This document shows, in pieces, positions 1-13,699 of a stretch of 64,000 nucleotides of DNA. The DNA comes from Asterias rubens (lineage: Eukaryota): contig NC_047068.1 in the NCBI RefSeq assembly GCF_902459465.1, forward strand, positions 12,648,001 to 12,712,000. The letters run 5' to 3'. Numbering within the stretch: the stretch's first letter is position 1; every line of letters begins with the position of its first letter. A model generated the notes under the pieces. That model saw only the letters and a program-made list of their open reading frames with translations, made no database searches and was not told where the DNA came from. The position numbers and the translations under genes are program-made.

Positions 1-150
1 TTTTAATGTTTTCTCAAAAAGTAAAGCATTTCATGAAATAATATTTACAGGGAAGTCTTTCACCATTCCCTTCTGTAAACCCTGTAAGTTATTTGTAAAT
101 CTGCGAACTTTTAATTTTTGTTCTGTTCAGAAAGTGTCCAATGGCTTTAA
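1..150 (+). mobile_element. 3' end of a Kolobok-type MITE (family B, TTAAAGCCATTGGACAC termini)
   Basis: Ends GAAAGTGTCCAATGGCTTTAA; the same sequence occurs at 15790-15942 and 46560-46703. Confidence 0.8.
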
Positions 151-265
151 GAGTACATTCTGAAATCTCAAAACGCATTTGTTACTTTTGTGTTCCTTTG
201 GTTTGCTAATAACCTGGCAATGAATGGAAACATTCCCCAGTAACTTCCATCGGAAAGAAACTTAC

Positions 266-3200
266 TTGCTCAGCAGATCCATCATTTCTTCGTACTTAGT
301 AAACACCGTATTGGCCTCTTCAGATTGGATGATCCTAAGACAAAGGTATATACAAAATAATCAATTTTGGTGCACTACCCTCGTATCATTCTTAATTCTA
401 GCAAAGTGAACTTTTAAGGTCATACAAACATTAAAGCATCACAAAAATATTACATCCACCAGTATTGCCCCTGGCTAATGAACTGAGCGGGATATGCTAC
501 AAACTTCACGCATTCTGCAAACTCACACAATATACGCCTCAATCTGCACACACAAATTTTCAGGTCTTCAAACATAGATGCTAAAAATATGGCTTGTACG
601 TGACACAAAATGCGCACGTCCAGATTTTTCTTTATGGTGAATCTTCACAGGGAGGCGGTGATATTGACCCAAAACGTGAGTGAGTTGGTCAACAAATCTA
701 GCGAGGTGAGCTCATGATGTTTGAATGAGCAGGGGAAACACTGACATCTGCAATAATAGACATAAACTTACAAACATCACTATCTTCAAATGTTTACAAA
801 AAACTTCTCTTTGGGAGCTGAAAGGTGGGGTCATAGATTGGTTTTTGTAGGCAAAATTACAAAGAAAGATTTAAAAAAGATCATAAAAGTCACTATGTGA
901 AAGTTTCCGTTGAATAGTACCAAAACTTGCTGAGTAAACAGCGACGAAAATCGTCACCGTATTTTCCAACTATCTTTGAATCCATCCACATTTATCGAGG
1001 TGACAGAGGGCACCAACTGCATCTCTGGCTGCAGCATTTGCGAACGGACACCAACCCTCGGCAATGTGAGAATCAATTCATGCATAAATCATTTCTCAGA
1101 TTGAAAAGTTTTGAAGTGAAAATTATCTGACTTCTAAGGGAATCCTTTCCAAAAAATAGTTGAAACTATCAACAGCTTCTCACCAAGTGAGTTTTTACGT
1201 TCATCAATTTTTGCACTTTACCAATCTATGACCCTACGTTTAAGTGAATGCACATTTAATTTGGTAAATTTCCGTAGGCCTTTCATAAAAAAACATCAAC
1301 AAAATTGGCCTCTTTAAAACAAAGAACATTCAAAATGAAGAAAGAAAAAACACAGGTTTGAAAAGATAACAAACAACCCTGTTAAATAGAAAGCAATTAG
1401 TGACATTATTTTTTTATCCATCTCATTTAAAAGACAGGACAATACAGTAATCATATAAAAGTGCTTCCAAAGAACGACCGTTTGGGCTCTGTAAACATAT
1501 TGCAAAAATTAGTACCAACAATATATCAAGAACACAAAAATGAACCGTTGCTATATAAAAACCAAAGAACCAGAACACTGTGAAATCATTTCACCTCACA
1601 TGCGTTGCCAATAAGAGGATTACAAAGTGTGCAGTTATTTTATCTCTAAAATTAATTATGTGCATACATTATACTTAGTACAGTTCATCATTACTGTTTA
1701 GTCCACACAGGTCTTTCATTTGAAAACGCATATTGAGATGAATGTCGATCATAAATTCAAAGAACAGCAAGTCCCAACCACTGTCTGAAGGTATTTTCCC
1801 AGCATTGAAACCATGGGCAGCGCACCAAATGTGTGCCTCTTGTCACTATCCCCTGGAAGGGACGTACTGAAAAACAGTGCTGATTGGCTCCCAAATGTGA
1901 CTACATGCTTGTTAATAACTCTTGAGCGCTTGTAGGATGCTTAGCATGGTCCCATGTGTTGTGTAACGCATGTAAAAGAACCCAGTGCACTTATCGAAAA
2001 GAGAAGGGGTTCGCCCCGGTGTTCCTGGTTGTGGCTGCTGTATGCGCCGTAGCACCTTGTAAACCCTTATAAGGTGCTAACTAATTGGGTCCCAAAATTC
2101 ATCACTGCAATAACCTATCTTTCTGAAAGTTTGTATTTAGACCTTATGCATTGACGTCATCCAGCCGCGATCTTAGAGGAAAAAGGGTGACGAAACAATC
2201 GAGACGCACGGATTTGTACGCACAGCGCACAGTATTGTCCAATGAACAACCTGCTTTTGACCTCTAGGTGAGGGCGCCCTACTGAAATGACGTCATGTGC
2301 GTAAGGTCAATACTCAGCGCCTGGAGTACCTTGTTTGGTAGATATGTGCGCTATATAAGACTTTGATATTATTATTATTATTAGTACAAGTGTGTGAAAA
2401 TGCAAGTATTTTGATGCAATTCCATTTTTAAAATGAATCATGTTTTCTACACAGTCACCCTAAGCTACACAGTTAGACAACATAAGATCAAAGTTTAATG
2501 AGAGGGGACCAGTTGCTCTTTGACTTGAGGCCTCTTTTGCAGGTAAAATACATGAGTGGGCCAAATATATGAGCGGGAATGCTGGGGAAAAATTATGTGG
2601 CTAGATTGTTGCGTGTAACAGTTGACTCAAGAGACAAAACCAATCAACAAAACAAAACAAAAACACTTATAAAAACTTAAAATCATGAGCTTTCCATAGT
2701 TTTGTTTAAAGACATCTGTAAAGAAATCCACAGGTACAACCCCAATAGCCCTCCTTGACCAACAGGTAGTTTCCCCAACACCCGCTTGAAGAAAGAAAAG
2801 AAAATCTTTAGAAAAGACTTTAACACATTGCTTCATCATTCAAATGTAAACACAAAATAATGAACAAGAAATAACCCAACACAACCAGCAAAATACTTTC
2901 AAGTGTTTCTGAATGACCATGGTATTCTCCCCTTAACCCACTGCACTAAAAACAAAGAAAGGTAAACAAGAAAGTGCCAATTTAGTTTAGTTACTCATAC
3001 AAAGCAAAAATTGAAAAGTCTGAGCATGTGCATAAACAGTAATACACCTTTAAAGCTTCACCTGGATAAAACCGTGCAAAAAGCAAGGAAATACATGCAA
3101 AACTGTGCAAAAAAGAATTCAAACAAATAACAACCAAATGACTGCAAACAAAAACCCAAAAGCAAAGACAGCAAGCAAGGAATAATAAACGCTTCAAAAG

Positions 3201-6200
3201 GGGTTAAACTTGGGAGTCTGATGGTAGGGTCCTGATGCATGAACCATTTGTGCCTCAATCATGTACCTAAAAATTCTGAATCTGAATTTTGTTGATAACT
3301 TCTTGCTCAAGTCTGCAGCCCAAATGTGCGATAATGGCATTTTCACTACATAAGCCATTTGAGTGGTCTGATTTTCTTGCATTGATGGTTTAACTGAATA
3401 AAATAGCTAGCTGTTTTGTTTAATTTGCATGTTGCACAGTTGCAATCATATTTCTTAAATAATTTTTCCTTGTGGCAAAATCCTGCCGCTCAACAACACA
3501 ATTGTGCCATTTTCAACTTGCAACTCATTGCTTTTCAAATCAAAATTCATGGTTGAGCAACGAAATGGGAAATGCTTGGAACCCAACATCAAACAATACC
3601 ACAAAACAAATCCAAAAAGAACAAAAATAAATCCAAGGAGTGCTTGGTCAATGGCGGATGTCCGTCTTTCGTTACCTCTTGACTCCAGTTCTGCTCAGCT
3701 CAAAGAAGATGAAAGGGTACCGCAAGATATCAATCAAAGAAAAGGGACATGCAAAATGGTTTGATGCAATGTGAGAATCAGAAAATCAGAAAAACATAGT
3801 GTGGGGGATGGTACTCAAATAGTTTAAGAACATGCAGTTCACGTCGGATTGCACATCAGAGGGTCTGTACACCGTTGGTTAGTGACACCAAGTATTAGTT
3901 GGCTTGTATTATCAACTGAATAATTAAAAATTTGTAATTAATGGTTACATAAGCAAGATTAGATATTGGGTGTGTCATGTACTTCATTTTAAGAGCCCTA
4001 CAGGAAAAGCTTCTTCCCCGTTCTAGCAGGTTTTTCTTGATAACATTCAGTAAACTTCATGTGAAACTATTGGCAACTTTCAGAGCTACCAATATTTGTA
4101 TCTTGCAATCAGGGAGATTGCAAATTTCCACAGTCAGGGAGTTTCCCAAATGTGTTCATCAGAACATGGACAGATTGTTTTATTTTTACTGAACTTTCTG
4201 CAGAATCAAGGAGAGTTGAACTCTATAATATTATTTTGGGGATAATGGAAAACTGTTTCTCAAAATTATCATTTGTGCTGATCATGCTGATAGGGGAAAG
4301 AGCAAACTTGAGTTGGGGAAGGGTACAGTACAAGCATTTAGGCATGTATACTATTGATATTCAAATGAAACAAGCCTCTCATTGTCTTAATGAAGGGGAC
4401 AATTATGTAATATGCCAAAGGTGTACAGTTCCTTTCACAGTGGTTTTAAGGACCTCAAGCTAATAGCATTCATTCCAAGTGCAAAGGCATGCAATTGATG
4501 ATCAGTGCAGTATGAATGGCAAGACTGTAGTAGAAGAAGATATCACAGATATTATGACTTCGGCTACTGGCATTGTAGAAGTGTAGTGTGAATGGAGTAA
4601 TCTAGCCAGAGCCAATGCCTGTGAGCCAGAGATGGTCTGAGAGTAGCTTCAATGAAACAAAGTGCAATCTATACACCTATGATGTATCTAGGTTCAAAGT
4701 CTACAACCTTGCCAGCCATCTGGCTTTTGTAAATTGAGAATAATTGTCAGAAGTCTTTGAAACCAAATAAAGCGGTTTCACTATCATGGGCCAATTTCAG
4801 AGAGCTGCTCGACGGTAGGTAAAATTTCTGCTTAGTCTAGCTGGAAAATGCTTAAGCAAAAGTGTATTTCACAAGGATTGGATGGACAGCTTGCGAGTCC
4901 ACTATCATTTGCAAACAGATAGTGCTGAAAAATAGCATGGCTTTTCCTATGCATACTGCTAGAAGCGCTGTGAAATGAAAATTGCACATTAAGTACAAAA
5001 TCAGCCGTTTTGCAGCTCTATGAAATTGGGCCCAGGTCTTAGTGAAAAATACTTGTTTTCTTTTACTGTTAAGCTGACTACAATGACTTGAATTATATGT
5101 GAAAGTTGACTTGATAAAAAACAAATCTCCATATGATAATTACTCAAATATTCAAAAGTGGGTTTTCGGGGTGAATCAAATTACTTACGGGTGTTCAATG
5201 TGCTTAAAACTTGCCATAGGGCTGCTTAGTCTCGAGCGGAGCTCCATGGACCATTTGAGTGCCCCGGCCGCCTCTGGCATGTTTTTGTTGAGCGGGGCCC
5301 GACCGTCCTTCTGGCCGATTTGGCCCATCTGTATGTCGTAGATTTCCTTGGCCCTGTCCAGGTCGAAGTTGAACATGGACAGGAGGACGGGGTACTTGGG
5401 CTCAAAGTCATCCTTAATAACTGGACGGTCAAGCATCGGCCCATAGCAGTCCAGCATCTGTGGAAGTACACACATACTTACATTAATATGGGCACCACTA
5501 CATCATAAACACAGCGCATTAGATCGGATATAACAACTGTTTGTTTAACACTTCCTGAATTGACAAAACAAGTCAGATTCTCTGATTGAGATAACAAAGT
5601 AAAGAGGGGTCCGCAGTCAAAAATAGAAGTAATCATCCAAAGGGTCCAGCACCCTTGCTTCTTACTTCTCTGCTTGTTTCACCTGATGAAGAATGAGATC
5701 TAGGAATCTTCAACAGTAGTTTCTTTGATGATCTCAGATTGTGCCGAGGATGGTATGAACACACTATTTCTTATATTGATCCCTTGCACGCACATCACAC
5801 GCGGCGACTGTGCCACGCTCACCATTTTGGTGGGCAATAGGTTAACGTGTAAACGCTGCGTCGCCTAAAATGCACTCTTCACTGAATAACGCACAGTGAC
5901 ATTGGCCACTAAATGGCGCATCCAAGATTATTCTGATGATGACGTCAGGTGAATTGGGTCAATACACTGGGGCTTGATCAAGAAGTGCTTTCCAAGTCAA
6001 CAAGATGAGTTTGACATAAGCTTATTTGACATGGGAGAGAAGTAAGGCATTGTCCGAAGTAAGCCGTGTCCAACTAAGGCTACAGCTACGGCTAGATCGC
6101 GTGCGTCTGCCTGTTCTTCAACACTGGCAGACACGCTGATCTAGCTAAAGCTGTGGATGAAGACGCCCTTATACTCAGAGGAGATGTGCTGGGCCAACCA

Positions 6201-9200
6201 ACTTACCTTAAAGATAGATTCCAGGCCAGAGCAGTCATCAAATCCCTGGCAGAGCAGAGATCCAAGACGTCGATCCAAGTCATAAACTTGCTTCTCAAAG
6301 ACATTGTAATCATCAAGGAACTCCTGTCATAAAAAACCCAAAAACATTTAATAGCAGGGGGAATAGCAGTTCCTGGTTGATAGCGCCCTTTACTTGTGAA
6401 TCTATCAGTGATGGAAATTAACCTCAGTAGTAAGATAATAAACAACAGAAGCGGTTTGAACCAAAACTAGTCGTGACACTGAAATGACCTTAACCCTTTC
6501 CCAAGCCACATAGTCATATTCCTTTCAGCCGTATCTAATTTTAGATTAGGTACTTTGAATTACAATGGTTTTTTTTGCCGAGGCGTCTTACCTGGCACTG
6601 TGGGTCCAATCCATCGTAGCTTCTCTCCGAGAAGACCTTGACGTACTCCAGGAACTCCTCATGGATTTTCTCTACCTGAACGCTCAGCATTCTTCCCTTC
6701 ATGCCTCCCATCTCTGTCTTCTCCAACTTGCTGAACTCAACGGTGGTCTCAAAAAGTTTCTAGAACAAAAAAAACAAAAAAAATATGATAACTTTTATGA
6801 CTTGTATTGGTTTTTGAGGTACCGTTTTTATATTACACTACACATGTTGCCATCTGTGAAGTCATAGTGCATCACATGTAAAACCAAATTTTATATCAAA
6901 CATTCATGGCGAAGATCTCAACAGAAAGCCAATCCTTCTGGGAAAGCACAACAAACTTCACTGAAGAAGGACTGAGTAACACTCTGCACTTATGCAAACA
7001 ATAGACCGATCCATTAGGCTCCGCCCACGACGCACATGTGAGCAAGAACATGTGAGCCTCTCCAATGCCTTTCTGCACAACTCTGCCGCGCGCGCCAAGC
7101 ATACGCGCATGCATGTCGGACCTTATTTGTCGGACCTTCGTTGCATTGTGATTGGTCAATACGCAATGGGGCGGAGCTTAATGGATCGGTCTATTGAACA
7201 AGCTCGGTAATACGATCTCAGACAACGTGTCAAGGTTCACAAACGTAAGTTTACTGACGCAACGATTGTGTGAGTGAGGGACATAAAGGTATTTTGTTTG
7301 AAATGGTAGTAAACTGGGAAGTAAACTCTTACATTTTTCCAACAACGTGAGACTTGATTTACTTTATCAGTCCAGACTTACCTCCAGTATTTCCAGTCTC
7401 TCCATAAACTTGTCCATACGGGCAAACACCATGGAGGAGGCAAACTCCCACAGGATGGGCTCTCTGCCATCCTTGAAGTAGTCCTTCAGTTTGTCACGGT
7501 GCTCGGAATAGAGGTTCTTAAACCCATGAAGCACCATGAGGGCACCTTTGACTTTCTCCAGAGATTCTTCACACTCCATCTTGAAGATCTCATCGGGCGA
7601 CAGGAAATTGCGGCACTGAATTTAAAGGAGAGAGGCAGTTTGTAAAGAAAATTCAAAGGAGAGAGGCAGTTTGTTAAAATTTTGAAGGAGAGGCAGTTTA
7701 TTAACATTTCGAAATACAGTGCCTAATACACATCGATGTAATGGTAAGAGCAAGTAATATTCTAAAAAACCCTATGCAAAAATAACATCTGTAATAAATT
7801 TGTTTATTTACCCATACACACCGGTGTGTGTTAGCAATGTATACTCGGTACTTTCCCGAGTTCTGTGAAAAAAAAATCCCTATCCTCAATGCAAATTTAA
7901 CACCTATATCTATGTAATAACATTTTCCACCAATATCAATGAAATTTAAAGCCCTGCATTTTCACCTGATCAATGAGTGAATTACAGATCTCCTGTAGGA
8001 GCACGATGATCCTTGGTGCTGTGTTGTAATACTGGGAGTTGCTCCAGATCAGGCAGACTACATGCATCAGAGGGCCAAGCTTAGGGAGTAGCTCATTGAA
8101 ATCCACTTCTTCAAAGCCCTCGATGTGACTAGCCAGGGGCTTCAGGTAGGTGGTGATGTCTTGGGCCTCCTCAAGTGCTATGGTTTGAAGAAAGGAAAAG
8201 TGTTCAAAGAAACAATGCAAACAATTTTATATTTCGAAAATGTATAAGACTTGCACCATCTTTTCCAATGAAACAGCAGAAAAGTTTTATGTGATGTTAT
8301 TGCTCTCTTTTATTCTACGTACCAGCTTCTACGTCCCTCTCAATATTCTTAAAAGATGGCAGGTAGCTACTTTCTGTCCTCTCCAGGAGCTGTTTCATTT
8401 TGCGCACCTTTGGGTCGCGAAGCTGCCAAATTAAAACAAGGTAACATCATTTAGCATTAAAAATAAATAGTCAGAATATCAAAAGCGGTTGTTATTATTA
8501 TTATTATTATCAAAATAATGAAAGTTTCAAAAGAGACCGCACAGACCTCAAAGAAAAAACAAATTTCAACTGAAAAACAACCACTCACTACTCTACACGA
8601 CACGCCCTCCCTTATACTTCAAAGGAAAAAAATGCGGAAAACAAAGATCAAAAAGATAACATTTGAATCAAAGGTATGCCATTGTTTTCTAGTTTTAGAT
8701 TTCATAAAAAAATTGTTTAATATTGCCAACAAAATTAGAAGAACATGCTTTATTATATACACAACCAGAGAACGATTTCATCCAAATTTTTTGCATAGCA
8801 AAACTGCTATGCAATGTTCTTTTTTGTATAGCAAACTCAAAATTGTGCATAGCAGTCCATAAATTTTGCATAGCAAATAAAAAAAAAATAGCTTAAAATG
8901 CAGATATGTATATTTGCGCAACGGGTTAAGGTCTTAAGGCGAAATTTAAGTAAAATGCTGTTATACAAAGGGCCTAGCTTGTTACTTTAATCGTTTTCGT
9001 TGTGGAAAAAAGGAGAATAAAAGAAGTGACATCTCCCGCCACGAATCTGTGTGCTAACACGACATCCAGTGTCAACTAGTTAAGGACGCAATTACCATGG
9101 AATTGTTTGTTTTTTTATCCCACAATTTTCAATGTCTAGACTTGGTTTATTGTAAATAGACACACCAAAATCAGCCTCATCGAGTTAATTCAATGAGAAG

Positions 9201-12200
9201 GGGGGGGGGGTCTTAAAATTGAATTGAAAAATGAAATGCTAAAATACTATTTCTACCTCCATTCATCAACACATTTTGTTTGGACAATTAACGCAAACAA
9301 ATCACAATATTAAATGAAAATCAACGAGGACACAAGGTTGTCAACCATTCACGTTGAACAGCATTTGCACCTAAGATTTTCATTACAAAAATATCAGACC
9401 AAGATTGATACAATGTCCCCCATCACCCAAATCTTGGTATTGGTCTTTCATATAAAGGGCTGCATAATTAGTTCTCAAAAATATCCACATCAACTGCTCT
9501 GGTGCCCTATGCTTCTGCTGTGTTGCCCTATGTAAATTTCCTAAACAAAGTGAGCCTTTCCTTACAGAAGTGCCTCTTACCAGAGGAAAAGCACCAGGCT
9601 AAAGACCTGATAGATACTTTAATATTCATCCAAAGAAGACTGCGAGTGAACTTCCTGTCCAGTTCTTCCTTTCATGTGTTTATATCTGAGGGTAATGCCT
9701 CTCAAGGCCCGGTCCCACTGCAGCGATAACAAAACGATAACGACGCAAAGAGAACGCATTCCATTGGTTGAATGAGCGTGTGCGTAATCCATGTGGAGCA
9801 ATTCAACCAATACAATGCGTTCTCTTTGCATCGTGATCGTTATCTTCTTGTTATCGCTGCAGTGTGACTCGGCTTTTAGTGTACCTGTTGGAAGATGCAC
9901 TCCAAGTTTTCACATTTAGCCTTCCAGAATTGGATCTCTACGTGGGGACCTGGGTTCAGACCTTCCAGTAGGGGCTGAGCAGAGTCCCTTTTGAGCACAT
10001 CTCGGATCTGATGTGTCCAATCAATGATGACTGATTCGATGGAGTGGACGAGACTCCTGTCATACGAGTCATCTCTGAAGAGAAAAGATTCAAAAGGGGA
10101 GGGTTTGTACATTTTTGAAAAAAAAACACTACCATCTTTATGTAGCTTACATGCTAAATACATTGGTAAAAACTACTAATTTATTCTGCTAGCAGGACTC
10201 AAATTTAAGGGAGAAATCCACAAGACCACTGAGTTCGTACATAGCTGAAAATGTTTTACAAGATCTATCACACAGTGAAGTGTTACTATTAAATTAAAAA
10301 CAAAAAAAAAGACTGCCGGACATGTCCTGTCGTGAGCTGTGGTCCAAAGGAAATATTGAGCCCTGTTGACAATCACTGGTCTGTTGCAAAAAAAAAAGTT
10401 TAACAGGTTTCAAAGTTCATATATGCGCGTGACTTGCAAAGTCTGTATGCCTCTCTTAATATTTATGCATGAGTATGTCATAATTCTAACCCAAAGGCCA
10501 TACTAGGCGCAGCCACAGCAAGTGGTGGCCGACATGCGCCTTTAGCCTCATTTTGGGAAAGAATTATGACGTCATGCATGAATATTAAGAGAGGCGTTTT
10601 GCTCGTATTAGGCCCAATTTACAAGCCCAATCAACGCAAAAATGTAAGACTGTAAGGACAAAGAGCTCACTTTTCTTCTGCTTCTGCAGCATACTCCACT
10701 TTTTCTGAGCCGACTGGAAGAGGGAGGAGAGTTTTCCCCTTAACCTGACCAGCGACTACGTACACACTGCTCTTCAGATTGTGAACGTGTCTCAAGACAT
10801 CTTGAGAGACAACGTACGGCCACTGCTCATGGTTTCTTGGATTTGACAAAAGTGGTACGAGAACCTGTTGAAGAGGACAAGAAGTACATTGAAGAAGGAG
10901 TTAGCAACAGATGGGAAATGGAAACGCAAATGTAGGATAAAGAAATTAAATATTTGGAAAGGCGGCAGCATCAGAAACATTTATCTAATATTGCAATTTT
11001 GTGGAGGTTAAATCACGGATAATTTTCCGCACGTCACCACCAATTTATCCGCCGTTAATTAACTCCAAAACCACTTGAACAAAAAAAGTTGGTGGCGAGG
11101 TCGTAAATTTTTTTCTAAATTGGTTTTAATTTTTTTTCATGGATGTGACAAGAGGGGTACAAGAACCTGTTGAAGAGGACAAGAAGAACATTGAAGAAGG
11201 AATTGGAAGGGAAATGCAAATGGAAATGTAAATTTCATGGGGGTTTAAGTTATTAAATATTTTAAATGTGTGGAACGACGGCAACATCAGAGAATATCTC
11301 CAAGTAAAAATTTTGCAATTGTTTTGAAGTTAAACTTGTTTTACAATTCTTTTCACTTTCAGTTTTAAACTTTTTAAAAAGTTTCTGTATCCTGCCATCC
11401 ATAGCCAACGCTTTTTCACTAACTTTTACAAAAAAAGGAACAAATAATTTGTTAAGTTAATGTAATATTCTTGGTTGGGTGTTACTATTGTAATATTCTT
11501 GGTTGGGTTTGGGTCCTTCTTCCTCACGTACATGCGGAGTAGTAGTAGTAAGTTAATCGGGAGGGCTTGAACTTGAAGTTGACGTTGAATAATTAAAGTT
11601 CGCCACAGAACAAACGGAAAAGTTTCCGTATGGCGCCACCACTTTTTCATTCGAAATAAAATAATATAGTATCTAATTTACCTGATTGATATATCCCTTT
11701 TTGTAAAAATGAGTGAAAAAGTGGTGGCGCCATACGGAAAGTTATCCGAACAAACAAATGACAAGTTGAACTCGAAAGTAAGTTGATGTCACGATAAATG
11801 ATTTTATTAAGAGTTCTCTTCTCGAACCCTCCTGTTCTCCAGTCTAGCTCAAACTAAACTCTTCCTTTTACATTCCTTTTCTTTATTCCAAACCTTGTTA
11901 TTAATTATCTTCTAAATCACAATATTCTTAATTCCAAACCAACCGCGCGCACGCTCGCGCTTAGTAGTTAGCTCACGCTTTGCAGTTGGTTTAGGGTAGA
12001 TCACTACAAGTTACAACTATTTATTTAAATACTCTTTCATTTCATCACAAATGAAAAAGTGAGAATGGCAGGATACGGAAACTTGGAAAACCTTTCTGGT
12101 CCCACATTCCCCCACTGTCCCATCCAATCAGAAATAAATTAGGCCCAGTCCAATTCCAACATGTCAACCAAACAAATGGTGTAAACTAAATTGATTTCAC

Positions 12201-12577
12201 TTTGAATTTAAGACAAATAAAATACAAACCTCATCCACAAGAGCAGAAAGCTGCTCCAATGGTGAATATGACAGATCTCCATACACAACATTCTGCTTGA
12301 AGCTGTCTTTACCGAGGGCCTCCCTACTTTTCTTAATAAAATATATTGCCTTGTTGTTCTTCAGCGACTGTGGAAATTCAGAGGACGGTGTGATCAAACC
12401 GGCTGCATTTACAGTGAAAACTAGCTGTGGAATGTCTGCTTTTTCAAGGAATTCCAATATTAGAATCCTGTTGTCCTCTACACCAATACATTTTGCCCAC
12501 TTGTCCGGCTTCAGTTTGTAACTTTTCAGAATGTAATCTGAGATAAATTCGAATCTTGCATCGGCAACGTCTCCCAT
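266..12577 (-). CDS. Axonemal outer-arm dynein beta heavy chain (DNAH9/11/17 family), N-terminal part. Exons 12577-12230, 10864-10671, 10074-9885, 8422-8323, 8177-7966, 7615-7382, 6759-6592, 6323-6207, 5457-5189, 334-266; the gene continues beyond the left edge.
   Basis: Ten exons with GT-AG boundaries and consistent phases (0,2,0,1,0,0,0,0,2,2) join into one open frame: MGDVADARFEFISDYILKSYKLKPDKW...VLVPLLSNPRNHEQWP...LRDPKVRKM...KHIEHPIIQSEEANTVFTKYEEMM. This matches the sea-urchin ciliary dynein beta chain N-terminus as recalled. No one-to-one vertebrate symbol can be assigned. Confidence 0.95.
1948..2382 (+). mobile_element. SINE remnant (Deu-like core, L2-like tail) interrupted by a MITE
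   Basis: Core GGTCCCATGTGTTGTGTAACGCATGTAAAAGAACCCAGTGCAC... and tail GCGCTATATAAGAC..(ATT)n. Family assignment is from recall only. Confidence 0.55.
2138..2310 (+). mobile_element. MITE with TAGACCTTATGCA terminal inverted repeats
   Basis: Near-identical full copy at 56431-56605; partial inverted copy near 48058-48170. Confidence 0.8.
4788..5033. mobile_element. Harbinger-like MITE (GGGCCAATTTCATAGAGCTGC TIR)
   Basis: Inverted termini; copies at 16916-17148 and 52895-53142. Confidence 0.75.
6997..7198. repeat. Palindromic MITE-like element
   Basis: CAATAGACCGATCCATTAGGCTCCGCCC ... GGGCGGAGCTTAATGGATCGGTCTATTG inverted termini. Confidence 0.7.
9706..9873. repeat. Palindromic MITE-like element
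   Basis: CACTGCAGCGATAAC ... GTTATCGCTGCAGTG arms, with inner GCAAAGAGAACGCATT/AATGCGTTCTCTTTGC. Confidence 0.7.
10449..10596. repeat. Palindromic MITE-like element
   Basis: GCCTCTCTTAATATT ... AATATTAAGAGAGGC inverted termini. Confidence 0.65.
11623..11740. repeat. Short MITE-like element
   Basis: TTCCGTATGGCGCCACCACTTTTT ... AAAAAGTGGTGGCGCCATACGGAA inverted repeats. Confidence 0.7.
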
Positions 12578-12804
12578 CTTGGATTTTGAAAGAGTACAAT
12601 TTTAGTCCGAAACGATATTTCTTCCGAATAAGACGGTTGTCACAACTTCTTGCTGCAATCAGTAGTGTCTACACATTTTCTGCTTTCGTTCGTCAGCATT
12701 TACCATGGGAAATTTTCAAATTTCCAGACGAAATTCGTGAGTTTTAAACTCTCCTGTAGATTCGTTGCCCTCCCGCGAGCGCTCCTACACAAAACGTATC
12801 GATT

Positions 12805-12856
12805 CAAAATGGCGGTACCGTGTAAATTGATCGCTCCCTATGCGGTTGCTAGGGAC
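12805..12856. promoter_or_regulatory. Putative dynein promoter: YY1-like CAAAATGGCGG and RFX X-box-like GTTGCTAGGGAC
   Basis: Located about 230-280 bp upstream of the dynein ATG in a CpG-richer patch. X-boxes are established motifs of ciliary gene promoters. Confidence 0.5.
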
Positions 12857-13699
12857 GTCAACTTTTGTTTACTTTTTTGCCGAGTATACATTTCGGTCTC
12901 GTCCGTGCCTCTGTATAGCGCAGTTTTCCGATTAGTCAAACCAGTCTAATTCAATTAATCAATTATTCACGAGTAGAGTGCCGCATCAAAATATAACTGT
13001 CTTGTCAGTTTATAAACACGTCTATTGTTGGCAGTTGACTTCCTTTTTTGGGTCGTTGTTCGCATTTGTCAATTCGTTTACCATATATTTTGTATTATTA
13101 TTTTAACACAAAATGTTCTGTGGAGGTACGTATGGCCCTCAATTTAAAATAAGGGGGTTGGCAACTTGCAACGGACCTTTCTATTGACAAACACACGGCG
13201 CTTGGCACGGTGGCCGTCCAGTATGCTAGCAAATCATTCAAGATGTTCAAAATGTCTCGAATTTTTAACACATTGTAACAAAATGTGTAAATGTGTCCTA
13301 AGAAAACTGTGGCTATCTTTTTTGTACATTCGTGTTTTTCCCAACCTTGGGCGTTGGCACTATAGAAAGGGCGATGAAGATCAAGGCGTCTTTTACGATC
13401 ACAAACCTGTGGCTACTATACATGGCACAGGGTCAGTTCGTAGGCTAAGATTGTCTTCTGTGATAATAATACATTGTTTATATATCATGCGCTTTCAAAA
13501 CACTCTCCGGCCCTTTGCAGATTTCTCTCACTCTGAAAACTAAAAAGTCGAACCCAACACTTGGAATAGTTCGGTGATACAACACTGTGAAAGTGTGGAT
13601 CCAGCATTTTGTTTGTTAAATCTATGTATTTGGTTTGCGGTCACCATGTGTGTATCTACTTGCCAGGTAGAGTTGTTCTTAGGGAACTGTCTTGCTTTA

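Noticed and set aside
3194-3266. In-phase alternative terminal exon for dynein (YMIEAQMVHASGPYHQTPKFNPF*)
   Set aside because: The phase match has a 1-in-3 chance, the peptide is not dynein-like, and the true next exon is at 334-266.
900-4700. Protein-like fragments in dynein intron 9 (possible decayed transposase or nested gene)
   Set aside because: No recognisable motif or joinable frame could be supported by eye.
5683-5720. CTGATGA as a fourth hammerhead core
   Set aside because: No stem II followed by GAAA.
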